NCBI GenBank assembly: GCA_965213925.1
Contig: OZ243927.1
Span: 928,001-992,000, forward strand
Source of the DNA: Trueperaceae bacterium
GTDB lineage: Bacteria > Deinococcota > Deinococci > Deinococcales > Trueperaceae
DNA length: 64,000 bases
Direction: 5' to 3'
Shown here: piece by piece, positions 27,538 to 37,528 of the stretch
How positions within the stretch are numbered: the first letter of the stretch is position 1
Layout of the letters: each line of letters begins with the position of its first letter
The notes under the pieces: model-generated
What the model was told of the DNA's origin: nothing
The model's database searches: none
The model's input: the letters and a program-made list of their open reading frames with translations, nothing else
Position numbers and translations under genes: made by a program

Positions 27538-29364
27538 GTGAACGTTTTTCGCTTGACCTTTTTGTTTTTACTCCTGTGTTCAGGTTATGTCTTTGCCCAA
27601 AATGGGTCGCTCTACGAACTCCCTTATGTGCAGTTAGAGCGCTCAGACGAGACGCTGACGCTCCGCTATGACGGGAAGCGGGCGCGGTACGTGCAGGGGG
27701 TAGGGTGGCTCGAGCCTTCCTTAAACACCGCCCCGCGCGTTGTCGGCGATGAGGTCTTTGTGGACGCTTCGGTTTTAGCGTACTTCGGCGTGGACCTGCC
27801 GAAACTCACGGAGGTGCGTTTCAGCAAGCGGAGCGCAGGCTCGGAGGCGAGCATCACCACGTCGCGGTTTGGGCGAGAGGACGTGCAGAACGTCCGGCTC
27901 GTGTTGGATTTTAGCGAACTCGAGGATGCGAGAGGTTTGGAGAGGCTAGAAGAAGAGGGTGAAGTTCGAGCAGGGGAGAGGCTCGAGCTTATTCTGCCGC
28001 GCGTCTTACTCCCGCTAGGATTGCCCGAAGAGGTATATAGGCTAGCGTTGGAGCTGAATACCACCTCTATCATGACGAAGCTCAACTTGGGCGGCGAGGA
28101 CCGTTCGGGCGAGGATGGCGCGGCGTTTCGCTACCGGGTGTTCGCGCTCGAGAACCCGACGCGGCTCGTTATAGACCTGGAGATTGAACAGCCGCCAATC
28201 TCCACGTTTCAGAGCGAAATACCGGATACCTTTACAGAAGAACCCTCCGCAGAGGCTGACGAACCTCGTAATTTCGATTCCGATGAACAAACAGGTGCCG
28301 ACGCGCCGGTTAGCCCTAGCGAGCAGAGCGAAGCCGAGCTTGATGCTCGAGATAACGAAGCGGCTGAAGGGGCGTGGACTGCGCCGCCGCTAGAGGAGCC
28401 GCGCGTCTTACATCCCGCTGTTACCCAACGGCGCATGACGTATCCGGTCCTGCTCGGCGAAAGCCGCGTGGACATTATCGAAATCGCGCCGGGTTACGGT
28501 GAGTTTCGCGTTGTCGGCGAGTCGTTCGTACCGCGGACGCTTTCTGAACTGTCGGACGGCGGTCTCGCCGCGATTAACGCGAGCTATTTCGACACGGATG
28601 ACCTGCGTACGATTGGTCTACTAGAAATCGACGACACGCTGCTCTCGCTGCCGACCAGAAACCGCGCGAGCATCGGCTTTGGCTTCGGCGACCCGGTGAT
28701 CGACCGGATTCAGGCGACGGTGGAGCTTAGCATCAACGGACGGGCGAAGAGGTTCGACTCGAGCCGGACCGACATCCAAATCTATACGGCTGCGGGGCGA
28801 GAGGTGGGCAGTCCGAGGCAAGGCGCTCTCGTGGTCCAGCGGGGGCGCGTGCTGATGAACAAGGTCGGACCGAGGCGCGTGCCGAGCGGCGGCATGGTCA
28901 TCGCCTACGCGCCGGACTTGCGCGAGTTGGCGCTCGTAGACGCGGGGGACCGTGTGAGCGTCACAGCGGACCTCACCCCTTCGGCGTTCAACTTCGTGGC
29001 GTACGCGGTCGAGGCGGGACCGCTCCTGGTCGCAGACGGACGAGCGGCGTATGAGCCGGGGCTAGAGGCGTTCAGCGCGAGCCCTCTAAGCAACGTGAAC
29101 CGCCCCGCCAGTCGCGCCGCCATCGGCTTGAAGGAGGACGGCACGGTTTTGTTCGTCACCGCGACGAACATGAGCGCTCGCGAGCTGGTCCCGCTCTTTC
29201 TCTCGCTCGGCGCGGAGCGCGCCCTGCAGATGGACAGTGGCAGCAGCAGCACGCTCGTCGCGGCGGGCGAGGTCATCAACCGCCCGCCGGACTCGCAGCG
29301 CCAGATTGCGACGGCGGTCGTGTATGTGCCTTTTGATTTGAGCGGCGTGCAGGGGCTCGAGTAA
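27538..29364 (+). CDS. Phosphodiester glycosidase (NAGPA-like) protein with an AMIN-like region
   Basis: Signal peptide; LENPTRLVIDL; AAINASYF, AGPLLV, SRAAIG, MDSGSSS. Confidence 0.8.
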   Translation: MNVFRLTFLFLLLCSGYVFAQNGSLYELPYVQLERSDETLTLRYDGKRARYVQGVGWLEPSLNTAPRVVGDEVFVDASVLAYFGVDLPKLTEVRFSKRSAGSEASITTSRFGREDVQNVRLVLDFSELEDARGLERLEEEGEVRAGERLELILPRVLLPLGLPEEVYRLALELNTTSIMTKLNLGGEDRSGEDGAAFRYRVFALENPTRLVIDLEIEQPPISTFQSEIPDTFTEEPSAEADEPRNFDSDEQTGADAPVSPSEQSEAELDARDNEAAEGAWTAPPLEEPRVLHPAVTQRRMTYPVLLGESRVDIIEIAPGYGEFRVVGESFVPRTLSELSDGGLAAINASYFDTDDLRTIGLLEIDDTLLSLPTRNRASIGFGFGDPVIDRIQATVELSINGRAKRFDSSRTDIQIYTAAGREVGSPRQGALVVQRGRVLMNKVGPRRVPSGGMVIAYAPDLRELALVDAGDRVSVTADLTPSAFNFVAYAVEAGPLLVADGRAAYEPGLEAFSASPLSNVNRPASRAAIGLKEDGTVLFVTATNMSARELVPLFLSLGAERALQMDSGSSSTLVAAGEVINRPPDSQRQIATAVVYVPFDLSGVQGLE

Positions 29365-29409
29365 TACCAGAATGGAGAAACAGACGCTTTCATTCTCCGT
29401 TCCGTCCAC

Positions 29410-30246
29410 CTAGTCGCCCCCTCGTTTCCCCCCCGACTTTTGCCCCTTCTGCCCGCCTTTGATCCTCACGACCTCTTCCGCCGGGTACTCCTCGAAACCG
29501 CCCTCGTCGAGCTTCATCTCGACGCTTTGCTTTAAGGGGTTGAGCTTCACCACGCGCCCGCACGCGCCGCTCTCCTCGTGACACGCCTTGCTGCCCTTTT
29601 TCGGCAGTCCTTTGAGCAACTCTTTATACATGTCGTGCTCGTACTGCAAGCAGCACATGAGGCGTCCGCAGGGACCGCTGATCTTCTCGGGGTTGAGGGG
29701 AAGCTGCTGGTCGCGCGCCATGCGAATCGAGACGGCGTTAAAGCCTTGTAGCCAGGTGGACGAGCACGAGCCGCCGCCGCACGCGCCGAGCGTGCCCAGA
29801 ATGCGGGCTTGGTCACGCGGTCCGACGTTGTCGAATTCGATGCGGGCGTCCGTGTAGCCCATAAGCTCTTGCGCCAAGGCGCGCAGCGAAACGGAGCCTT
29901 CAGCGCTGTAGGTGACGACTAGAAGGGCTTCGTCCAGGGTGAATTCCAAGCGGATGACCTTCATCTTTTCGCTGCGCTCTCTCGCACGCGCTTTTAAGAG
30001 CCACTTGAGGTCGTCGGCTTTGGCTTCTAAGGCTCTGTAGGTCTCGAGGTCTTTGGGGTGCGCCACGCGCACGACCTTACCGCTCGGCTTGGCGTCCCCT
30101 CGCGGCGAGGTGCGCACGAGCGCGACCTCTAAACCGCGCCGCGTGTTAACGACGCAGCGCGCGCCGACCTCGGGCACCTCTCTAGGCGGCTCCATGTAGT
30201 GAAGTTTAGGTCCGTTGTCGAAGCGGACCCCTATCGTCTCGGGCAT
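29410..30246 (-). CDS. ricT: PSP1-domain RicT/YaaT protein
   Basis: GPRDQA, GACG..CS, VSIRMARDQ, KISGPCGRLMCCLQYE. Confidence 0.9.
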   Translation of the reverse strand: MPETIGVRFDNGPKLHYMEPPREVPEVGARCVVNTRRGLEVALVRTSPRGDAKPSGKVVRVAHPKDLETYRALEAKADDLKWLLKARARERSEKMKVIRLEFTLDEALLVVTYSAEGSVSLRALAQELMGYTDARIEFDNVGPRDQARILGTLGACGGGSCSSTWLQGFNAVSIRMARDQQLPLNPEKISGPCGRLMCCLQYEHDMYKELLKGLPKKGSKACHEESGACGRVVKLNPLKQSVEMKLDEGGFEEYPAEEVVRIKGGQKGQKSGGKRGGD

Positions 30247-30340
30247 CCTTTCCTCCCGTTATCTCTTTTCCCTGGGTGAGTTGGCTCACCTAAGACCTAT
30301 AGCGTACCAATTTTATCCACAAAGAGACTTCACATTTTTT

Positions 30341-30559
30341 AGCAGGTATCATCTGGTTTGAGTGCGCGAAGCGATGCGACCGTTCGTCCAGCTTGACTGG
30401 AAGCAACACTCTCACTATATAAAGCAACGTTTCGCTTTGCGAAAAGTGCCTAACTAGCACGCACATTCGGTGGTGAAATCCCGCTAGCTTCGCTGAGACC
30501 TTTGGCGTTGCCAAAACTTCCGTAAGCGGCGTCCTGTCTCAGTATGCCTTGGAACTGCT
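30341..30559. repeat. Small MITE-like repeat, family A, copy 2 (longer interior)
   Basis: Same termini and internal AGCACGCAC as 2270-2378. Confidence 0.7.
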
Positions 30560-30587
30560 GTTTGTTCTCTAAGCGCTCCTCCCGCGT

Positions 30588-31235
30588 TCAGGTAAAGAGC
30601 GTGCCCTGCGCCGCCCGCTGCGCGACGGGGCGAAAGCTCTTCCGGTGAAGAGGGCAGAGACCGTGTTCGGACAGCGCCGCCAGATGCTGCGCGGAGCCGT
30701 AACCTTTGTGCTTGGCGAAACCGTAAGCGGGATAGCGGGCGTGCGCGTGGACCATCAGGCGGTCTCTGGTCGTTTTCGCTAAGATGCTCGCCGCCGCGAC
30801 CTGGTAGCTCTGCGCGTCTCCTTTGACCGCGGCGACGACGGGACCGGGAAAGTCTAGCTTCAGAAAGTCCGTTACCAACGCGTCAACGTTGAGACGGAGC
30901 GCGTGAAGCGCCCTTTGCGCGGCGAGGTGCGTGGCGCGCAAAACGTTCACCGCGTCCACCTCTTCGGCGCTCGCCTGACCAACCGCCCACGCTAGCGCCC
31001 TAGCCTTGACCTCTTCGGCTAAGGTTTCACGGGTTGCGGCGCTGAGCGCTTTGGAGTCGTCGAAAGGGTACCCGGCGAAAGGGAGAATGGCGGCGGCGGC
31101 GACGACGGGTCCAGCCAGCGCGCCGCGCCCGGCTTCGTCCACGCCGGCGGTGCAGGCGTAGCCGTTTGTCCAGAGGGGGTGCTCGAGCCCCCACCCTGGC
31201 GTCAGCTTATCTTTAATCTTGCGCGAGGACGACAC
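30588..31235 (-). CDS. rnhB: Ribonuclease HII
   Basis: GVDEAGRGALAGPV, DSK, KGD, AAASILAK, HKGYG, HRKSF. Confidence 0.95.
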   Translation of the reverse strand: MSSSRKIKDKLTPGWGLEHPLWTNGYACTAGVDEAGRGALAGPVVAAAAILPFAGYPFDDSKALSAATRETLAEEVKARALAWAVGQASAEEVDAVNVLRATHLAAQRALHALRLNVDALVTDFLKLDFPGPVVAAVKGDAQSYQVAAASILAKTTRDRLMVHAHARYPAYGFAKHKGYGSAQHLAALSEHGLCPLHRKSFRPVAQRAAQGTLFT

Positions 31236-32397
31236 CGTCGGTGAGAAGTTCCTTTGCGTGGGCGGGCACGCTGAAATAGAACGTGCTGCCCCGCCCCACT
31301 TTAGAGTCGACCCAAATCTCGCCGCCGTGTTTTTCTACGGCGAGCTTGCAGAAGGTCAGACCCATGCCTGTGTCGAAGCGGTCGTGCACCGTGTGGCGCG
31401 ACTGCTCGAAAGCGTTGAAGATGCGCTTGTGGTCCGCTTCGGGAATGCCTTCGCCGTCGTCGCGCACGGAGAGGACGACGTGCTCGTCCTCTTTCCAGGC
31501 GCGAAAGTCCACGTGCCCGCCGCGCCGCGTGTGCTTGACCGCGTTAGCGAAGAGGTTGGCGAGCACGCGGCGCAAAAGACCCTTGTCCGCGAAAATCCGC
31601 TCCGCCTCGGGTCTTACCAGCACGCTGAAATGCCGCTCCTCGTGGGCGCTTCTGGCGTCACCTAACGCCGTCTCGACGAGCCCCGTCAAGTTCTCTATCC
31701 AAGCGGGGTCGTAGGGCATGTGACCCTCTTTCATGCGGCGCACGTCGAGGATGTTGGCGGCTAGGTTGAGGAGGTGCTGCGACTCGCCGCGCGCCAAGCT
31801 CAGCAGCTCGACGACGCCCTGCTCGTCGTCCGCGGCGTGCATGATGTCGATGGTGTGGTCCAAAAGTCCCATCACGCTGGCGATCGGGCTCTTGAGGTCG
31901 TGGACGAGCATGTGGGTGAGGTCGTCCTTGACGCGCTCGGCTTCCTTAAAGGCGTCCTCGAACCCGCGTAGCCGCGCCAAGGTCTCGCGCAGCCCCGCGT
32001 CCGCTTGCGCCTTGTCCAAGTAGCGCTTCAGATAGGCGCGCAAGAGGTCGGCGGGCGCGTCCGCGGAAAGGTAGAGGTCCGCGCCCGACTGCAGCGCGGC
32101 GGCGTGGCGCGCGCCGCTCTCTACGTCGCCCTCGTCGCCTAAGCAGATGAGCGGCACGTTGGCGAGCGGCTTTCTGCGGCGCAAGAGCGAGATGAGGTCG
32201 AGTTGCGGCACGCTCCTAACGAGCGCGTCGCCCAACACGATCGCGGCGGGGACGTCCCCGCGCGTATGGTAGAGCAGCCCCTCGACGTCACTCAGGACGC
32301 GGCTCTGCAGCCCGAGTGTGCGGGCGATAGGTGCGAGCGCCTCGCCGCGCGGGGCGGTGGACATGGCGATAAAAAGCTCTTGGGTGGACGCTGACAT
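31213..32397 (-). CDS. Cytoplasmic hybrid histidine kinase with a degenerate receiver domain
   Basis: HDLKSP H-box, NAVKH, DDGEGI, GMGL, GRGSTF; N-terminus VPLI...GADLYL without canonical Asp/Lys. Confidence 0.85.
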   Translation of the reverse strand: MSASTQELFIAMSTAPRGEALAPIARTLGLQSRVLSDVEGLLYHTRGDVPAAIVLGDALVRSVPQLDLISLLRRRKPLANVPLICLGDEGDVESGARHAAALQSGADLYLSADAPADLLRAYLKRYLDKAQADAGLRETLARLRGFEDAFKEAERVKDDLTHMLVHDLKSPIASVMGLLDHTIDIMHAADDEQGVVELLSLARGESQHLLNLAANILDVRRMKEGHMPYDPAWIENLTGLVETALGDARSAHEERHFSVLVRPEAERIFADKGLLRRVLANLFANAVKHTRRGGHVDFRAWKEDEHVVLSVRDDGEGIPEADHKRIFNAFEQSRHTVHDRFDTGMGLTFCKLAVEKHGGEIWVDSKVGRGSTFYFSVPAHAKELLTDGVVLAQD

Positions 32398-32602
32398 CGG
32401 CGTTCACTATAGCAGGTGCGCCCGGCGCGCCGCGGTGAAATCTCATATGAAATTCATGGTAAAGGGTTGATGAAGCGCTCCACTCATGAGCGCTCGAGGC
32501 TGTTAGTAGCACCCACCTTCGCCACCGTGCGCAGAGTTGCACACGACTTATTGTATAGTTGAGCAACGATTCAAAAATGCTACTTGAGACCTTAGGAGAG
32601 CT

Positions 32603-33451
32603 ATGAACCTCGCGATTATCACCGATTCGACCTGCGACTTGCCCGCCGAGAAACTCAAAACCTTGGGCGTGGCGCGCGTGCCGCTCTACGTTAACTTTAG
32701 GGGAGAAGTCTTCAAGGATTGGCTCGAGATAGGACCTAAAGAGATTGCCGAGGGCGTCCAAGGGGGCGCGGACATGCCCACGACGAGCCAACCTTCGCCC
32801 CAAGACTTCACGAACGCCTATCAGGAAGCGGTCCGAAACGGCGCGGACGAGATTCTTTGCATTACGATTTCGTCCGAACTGTCCGGAACGTATCAGTCGG
32901 CGAACGTCGCAAAGGAGAGCGTAGATGTAAACGTTCACGTCTTCGACTCGCAGGCGGCGAGCGTCGGCATCGCCATGCTCGTTCAGCGGGCGGTGAAGAT
33001 GCGTGATGAAGGGCAAGATAGAGACGCCATCATGCGCGAGATGGAGCGGATGCGCGACCAGAGCCTCTTGCGCTTTACGGTAGGTAGCCTGGACTTCTTG
33101 CAAAAAAACGGGCGCATCGGCGGCGCGCAGGCGCTTTTGGGCGGACTCCTCAAAATCAAACCCATCTTGGGGCTCGTCGAGGGCCGCGTCGAACCTGTTG
33201 GGCGCGTGCGCGGCGAGAAAAAAGCACGCTCGGAAATCGTCTCGCAGACGCAGGCGTACGCGAGCAAAGAGGGCGGCACGCCGGTGGTTTACTTTCTGCA
33301 CATCCAAGACCCGGAGGCGGCGGGTGAGTTGCAAAAGCAGTTAGAGGCGAGCGGGCTCGAGTTCCGTAATGCGGGCACCTATGAGATCGGCGCGGTCATC
33401 GCCTCGCACGTAGGACCGGGGACGTACGGAGTTTACCTCTATACGGAGTAA
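32603..33451 (+). CDS. DegV/FakB fatty-acid-binding protein
   Basis: ITDSTCDL, TTSQPS, SSELSGT, GRIG, IKPIL, HVGPG. Confidence 0.93.
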   Translation: MNLAIITDSTCDLPAEKLKTLGVARVPLYVNFRGEVFKDWLEIGPKEIAEGVQGGADMPTTSQPSPQDFTNAYQEAVRNGADEILCITISSELSGTYQSANVAKESVDVNVHVFDSQAASVGIAMLVQRAVKMRDEGQDRDAIMREMERMRDQSLLRFTVGSLDFLQKNGRIGGAQALLGGLLKIKPILGLVEGRVEPVGRVRGEKKARSEIVSQTQAYASKEGGTPVVYFLHIQDPEAAGELQKQLEASGLEFRNAGTYEIGAVIASHVGPGTYGVYLYTE

Positions 33452-33459
33452 GAAGCCCA

Positions 33460-33498
33460 AAAGAAAGAGGCGGACTGTTGCGGTCCGCCTCTTTCTTT
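33460..33498 (+). terminator. Intrinsic (likely bidirectional) terminator
   Basis: AAAGAAAGAGGCGGAC / GTCCGCCTCTTTCTTT. Confidence 0.8.
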
Positions 33499-33510
33499 GC
33501 CTTCGTCTTA

Positions 33511-33612
33511 TACGAGGTTGCATGACTTTGTTTGCAAAACTAAAGTCATGCCCATCTGTGATGGTAAGCTCCAACGCTCTCAGTAAGGATAAGTAAGCTA
33601 TGCAATTCCGTC
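33511..33612. repeat. ~100-bp structured repeat, family B, copy 1
   Basis: Closely similar to 52315-52415; ends TACGAGGTTGCA...TGCAATTCCGT; hairpin 33520-33551 plus CCATC-tgt-GATGG. Confidence 0.8.
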
Positions 33613-34365
33613 TCAAAGCTTAACGACGCTTTTGCCCTCTTTAAGCGTGAGCGTGATGGTAGAGCCAGCTAGGTCGGGGGTGCTGCCCGTCGTCATTTCA
33701 AAAGTGACCGTCGCGGTATTGTCTGAATTCTCGTCGGCGAATTGAATGATCTTGATCGCTTCTCTGAGGTCGTCATTCGTGTCAGGATCGACGCCTAGTT
33801 GTAGTAAGAGCGCATTCGCTAACGTCACGCCGCTCGTCTCGTCATAGGTGTAGCCGCACGACAAGTCTGTATCGGTGCAGGTCTCGCGCTTGTTGAAAAT
33901 CAAGTCGCCGCCCAGCGTACTCGCCGCCGTCACGGTTCGTGTCGCGCCGTCTTCGCCGCCCTCGTCGGACAGGGTAAGCGTCGCCGTCATGTCCGTCACG
34001 GTGAACGTTTCAGGATACGTTCCCGCTACAGGTTTGGACACGGTTACTGTAGGCTCCAAACCGACTTCCGACTTGATGTAGTCGCCGCCGAAACCGCGCA
34101 AGCTAAAGTCTTCGTCGGGAAAGGTGAAGGTCGTTCCCTCTTGGCCTACTGCCTGAACCGCTAAATTTGCGGCGGAGCCCTCTGCGCTTAGCATGATGTC
34201 GACCTTTTGGTTGTCGATATTAAAAGGGTCATTGATGGTTTGCTCACCGATGACGTTGGAGATGAGGCCGCAGCCACTTAGCGCGGCGGCGACGGTCAAA
34301 GCGGTCAAAGGTTGAATGAGTTTTTTAGCGTTCAAGGGCGTACCTCCAGAGGACATTTCGCTCAC
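33613..34365 (-). CDS. Hypothetical lipoprotein
   Basis: Lipobox ALSGC; Thr-rich beta body; exact start uncertain. Confidence 0.7.
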   Translation of the reverse strand: MSEMSSGGTPLNAKKLIQPLTALTVAAALSGCGLISNVIGEQTINDPFNIDNQKVDIMLSAEGSAANLAVQAVGQEGTTFTFPDEDFSLRGFGGDYIKSEVGLEPTVTVSKPVAGTYPETFTVTDMTATLTLSDEGGEDGATRTVTAASTLGGDLIFNKRETCTDTDLSCGYTYDETSGVTLANALLLQLGVDPDTNDDLREAIKIIQFADENSDNTATVTFEMTTGSTPDLAGSTITLTLKEGKSVVKL

Positions 34366-34499
34366 GGTAGCACTCTCTTTACAAACCGCTTATGAGGTTT
34401 TTTAGCCGCTGTGAAATCTTTCCTAACCGTTCGAGTGCCCTGTTGTCTCGAGCGACATTTGCACCTCTTAGACGCCCTTGCACTCCTTATGATAGCGGG

Positions 34500-35990
34500 A
34501 TGCTAGCCAAGGTCATCTCCGCCGCCGTTCTAGGTGTAGACGCTTTCGAAGTGCAGATCGAGGTGGATATCTCGGGCGGTCTGCCCTGCGTGATGGTGGT
34601 GGGCTTGCCCGACGCCGCTGTGCAGGAGTCGCGCGAGCGGGTGCGCTCGGCGATTCGCAACGCGGGGTTGCCCTTTCCGTCCAGCCGAATTGTCATCAAC
34701 TTAGCCCCAGCCGACGTGCGCAAAGAGGGTCCAGCCTTCGATTTGCCCATCGCGCTCGCCGTTTTAGCGGCGCAAGGGGTCATCCCGCAGGAGCGGTTAG
34801 AGAGCACCGTTATCAGCGGCGAACTCGCTTTAGACGGCGCGATTCGCCCGCTCAAGGGAGCCATCAATATCAGCCTCTACGCGGCGCAAGCGGGCTTGGA
34901 GCGGGCTATCGTTCCGCCCGAGAACGCCGCCGAAGCCGCTGTTGTGAGTGATGTCGAAGTCTACGCGCCTAAAACCTTGCTGGAAGCCGTCGAGTTTTTT
35001 CAGGGGCGGAATTTGCTCGAGCCAACCACCCCAAAAGAGGTCAGCAGCAGCGAGCAGCACCTGGATTTGTACGATATCAAAGGTCAAGCTGCTGCTAAAC
35101 GCGCCCTAGAGATTTCAGCGGCGGGCGCGCACAACCTCCTGATGAGTGGTCCGCCCGGCTCGGGCAAGACGATGTTGGCGCGGCGTCTGCCGGGTATCTT
35201 GCCCGCTCTGACGAGGGACGAAGCCATCGAGGTGACGCGCATCCATTCGACAGCGGGGACGCTCAAAGAGCGCGGGCTTTTGACCAACCCCGTCTTCCGC
35301 GCGCCGCATCATACGATTTCGGACGCCGGACTGATTGGCGGCGGCAACATCCCGCGACCCGGCGAGGTCAGTTTGGCGCACCGGGGCGTCCTCTTTTTAG
35401 ACGAGTTTCCCGAGTTTAGCCGCCAAGCCTTGGAGGTCTTGCGCCAACCGATGGAGGACGGCGTCGTGACGATCAGCCGCGCGAGGGCCGCGCTGACCTT
35501 TCCCGCGCGCTTTACCCTCGTCGCCTCACAGAATCCGTGTCCATGCGGTCACTACGGCGATACGGGCAAAGAATGCTCCTGCACGCCCGTCATGCGGAGC
35601 CGCTACCGCGAACGCATCAGCGGACCGCTTCTGGACAGGCTCGACTTGCGCATCCAGGTGCCGCGCCTTAGCGCCGACGACCTCTTGCACGCCTCGCCCG
35701 GTGAGCCGAGCGAAGGGGTGCGCTCGCGCGTCTTGGCAGCGCGAACGCTCGCACTCGAACGTCAAGGCGTGCCGAACGCGGAGTTGAGTGGTCAGGCGTT
35801 ACGAAGGCATACGGCGCTCAAAGATGGACCGGAAGCCTTTGCCAAGAGCGTCATCCGGCAGCTTTCGCTCTCCGGGCGCGGTTATGACAGGCTCTTGCGC
35901 GTGGCGCGAACCGTAGCGGACCTAGCGCAAGCCGAGAGTGTGAGCGAAGCCCACCTCGCCGAAGCGGTGAGCTACCGAGGCGACTTGTAA
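34500..35990 (+). CDS. comM: YifB/ComM Mg-chelatase-like AAA ATPase
   Basis: [51 protein letters not shown] 6 nt before ATG 34500. Confidence 0.92.
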   Translation: MLAKVISAAVLGVDAFEVQIEVDISGGLPCVMVVGLPDAAVQESRERVRSAIRNAGLPFPSSRIVINLAPADVRKEGPAFDLPIALAVLAAQGVIPQERLESTVISGELALDGAIRPLKGAINISLYAAQAGLERAIVPPENAAEAAVVSDVEVYAPKTLLEAVEFFQGRNLLEPTTPKEVSSSEQHLDLYDIKGQAAAKRALEISAAGAHNLLMSGPPGSGKTMLARRLPGILPALTRDEAIEVTRIHSTAGTLKERGLLTNPVFRAPHHTISDAGLIGGGNIPRPGEVSLAHRGVLFLDEFPEFSRQALEVLRQPMEDGVVTISRARAALTFPARFTLVASQNPCPCGHYGDTGKECSCTPVMRSRYRERISGPLLDRLDLRIQVPRLSADDLLHASPGEPSEGVRSRVLAARTLALERQGVPNAELSGQALRRHTALKDGPEAFAKSVIRQLSLSGRGYDRLLRVARTVADLAQAESVSEAHLAEAVSYRGDL

Positions 35991-36163
35991 CTCTCGTCTC
36001 TGCTTGTGTCCTCTGCCTCCTCTAACTCCTCCGGCGGCTCCTCGCCGCCGTGATAGAGAAACGACGCGATGTAGCCGACGAAGGCCCCCAACGCGGCGAT
36101 GCCGATATAGAGCAGCGCGTAGAGAAAAATTTGATATGCACCTCTGGCGAGCGTGTCTTCCAT
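35972..36163 (-). CDS. Small single-pass membrane protein with acidic tail
   Basis: 63 aa from ATG 36163 after AGGAGG; one long hydrophobic helix; divergent from the oxidase operon. Confidence 0.55.
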   Translation of the reverse strand: MEDTLARGAYQIFLYALLYIGIAALGAFVGYIASFLYHGGEEPPEELEEAEDTSRDESYKSPR

Positions 36164-36414
36164 CCCTCCTAGTGTAAACCCCACCTCCTGTTGCATGTGA
36201 TACATTGGGTAGAACTTTGTATTTTGAGAAGGTTTTTCAAAATGACTGAAGTCGTAGGCGCAGGTATTATCTTTTGTATGTGCTGAGCGGTCCTCTACTA
36301 TAATGAGGGTGTCTGTGACCACCGCTGCGTCGCGCGCTCCCGCTAGGCGCAGAAACTTCGCGAGCCGAACGGAGTGAGACGGACTTTGATATCTGCAATC
36401 TCGAGGAGGGTAAC

Positions 36415-37527
36415 GTGCCTAGAATGTTAGTGCCAGACGGGGCAACGAGACGCAAGCGCTTCCGCAAAGGGAGCACACTTATACTATTTTTCGTAGGGCT
36501 CGCGGCGCTTCTAAGCGGCTGCGAACTCAGTAGCCCGCAGTCCATCATGGAGACCGCCGGGCCTGTCGCGAGAAGTCAGTTGGAGCTGTTCGAGTTCACC
36601 TTCTGGCTCGCGACGGGTGTGTTCGGCGTGGTTACAGCGGCGCTCGTCTACGCGATATGGCAATACCGCCGCCGTGACGACCAGGAGGGACTGCCACCGC
36701 AGGTTCACGGCGTCATGAGTTTAGAGATCGCCTGGACGCTCGCGCCCGCTATCGTCCTCGTTATTTTAGGCGTCCCGACCGTCAACCTTATCTTCCAGAA
36801 CCAGAGCCATATCGACGGAGCAGACCCCGCCAACGGCGACGACCTCATTGTCAACGTCATCGGCTATCAGTGGTGGTGGGAGTTCGAATATCCCGAACTC
36901 GGCATTACCACCGCGAACGAGTTACATATCCCTACGGGGCGGCGCGTCGTCTTAAACCTCAACTCAGGCGACGTGCTCCACTCCTTCTGGGTGCCGAAGC
37001 TCGCGGGCAAGCGTGACCTGATTCCAAACCAAGACAATCAACTGTGGCTCCAGGCGGACGAGCCCGGCATGTACTACGGTCAGTGCGCCGAACTCTGCTT
37101 GACCGCGCACGCCTACATGCGCTTCCGAGTCATCGCCAGCGATGAACAGGGGTTTGATACATGGGTTGCCGCGTTTAACGAAGATACGCAGCAGGCCTCG
37201 AGCCAAGCCCAGCCCTTCGCCGAAGGAGAAGCGCTCTTCAAGACGAAGGGGTGCGCGAACTGTCACGCTATTGACGGTTACGCGATGGGTCAGGGTGCGC
37301 CCGACCTGACGAATTTCGGCATGAGACACACTATCGCGGCGGGCGTGCTGGATAACACGCCAGAGAACCTAGCAGCGTGGTTGGCGAATCCGCAAGCCAT
37401 CAAGCCGGGCAACTACATGCCGACCCTGTGGGCGGCGGACGACCCCGAACGGGACACGCAGATCGCCGCGATTGTGGCGTATTTAGAGAGCTTAGGCAGC
37501 GAAGCAGCGCCCCTAGCGAGGAGATAA
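36415..37527 (+). CDS. coxB: Cytochrome caa3 oxidase subunit II with fused cytochrome c
   Basis: Lipobox LSGC, QWWW, DVLHSFW, CuA motif CAELCLTAHAYM, heme c CANCH...MP. Confidence 0.93.
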   Translation: MPRMLVPDGATRRKRFRKGSTLILFFVGLAALLSGCELSSPQSIMETAGPVARSQLELFEFTFWLATGVFGVVTAALVYAIWQYRRRDDQEGLPPQVHGVMSLEIAWTLAPAIVLVILGVPTVNLIFQNQSHIDGADPANGDDLIVNVIGYQWWWEFEYPELGITTANELHIPTGRRVVLNLNSGDVLHSFWVPKLAGKRDLIPNQDNQLWLQADEPGMYYGQCAELCLTAHAYMRFRVIASDEQGFDTWVAAFNEDTQQASSQAQPFAEGEALFKTKGCANCHAIDGYAMGQGAPDLTNFGMRHTIAAGVLDNTPENLAAWLANPQAIKPGNYMPTLWAADDPERDTQIAAIVAYLESLGSEAAPLARR

Positions 37528-37528
37528 G

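Noticed and set aside
32288..33334. 348-aa minus-strand ORF
   Set aside because: Antisense shadow of degV with no motifs; typical of GC-rich DNA. The same applies to most short antisense ORFs in the track.
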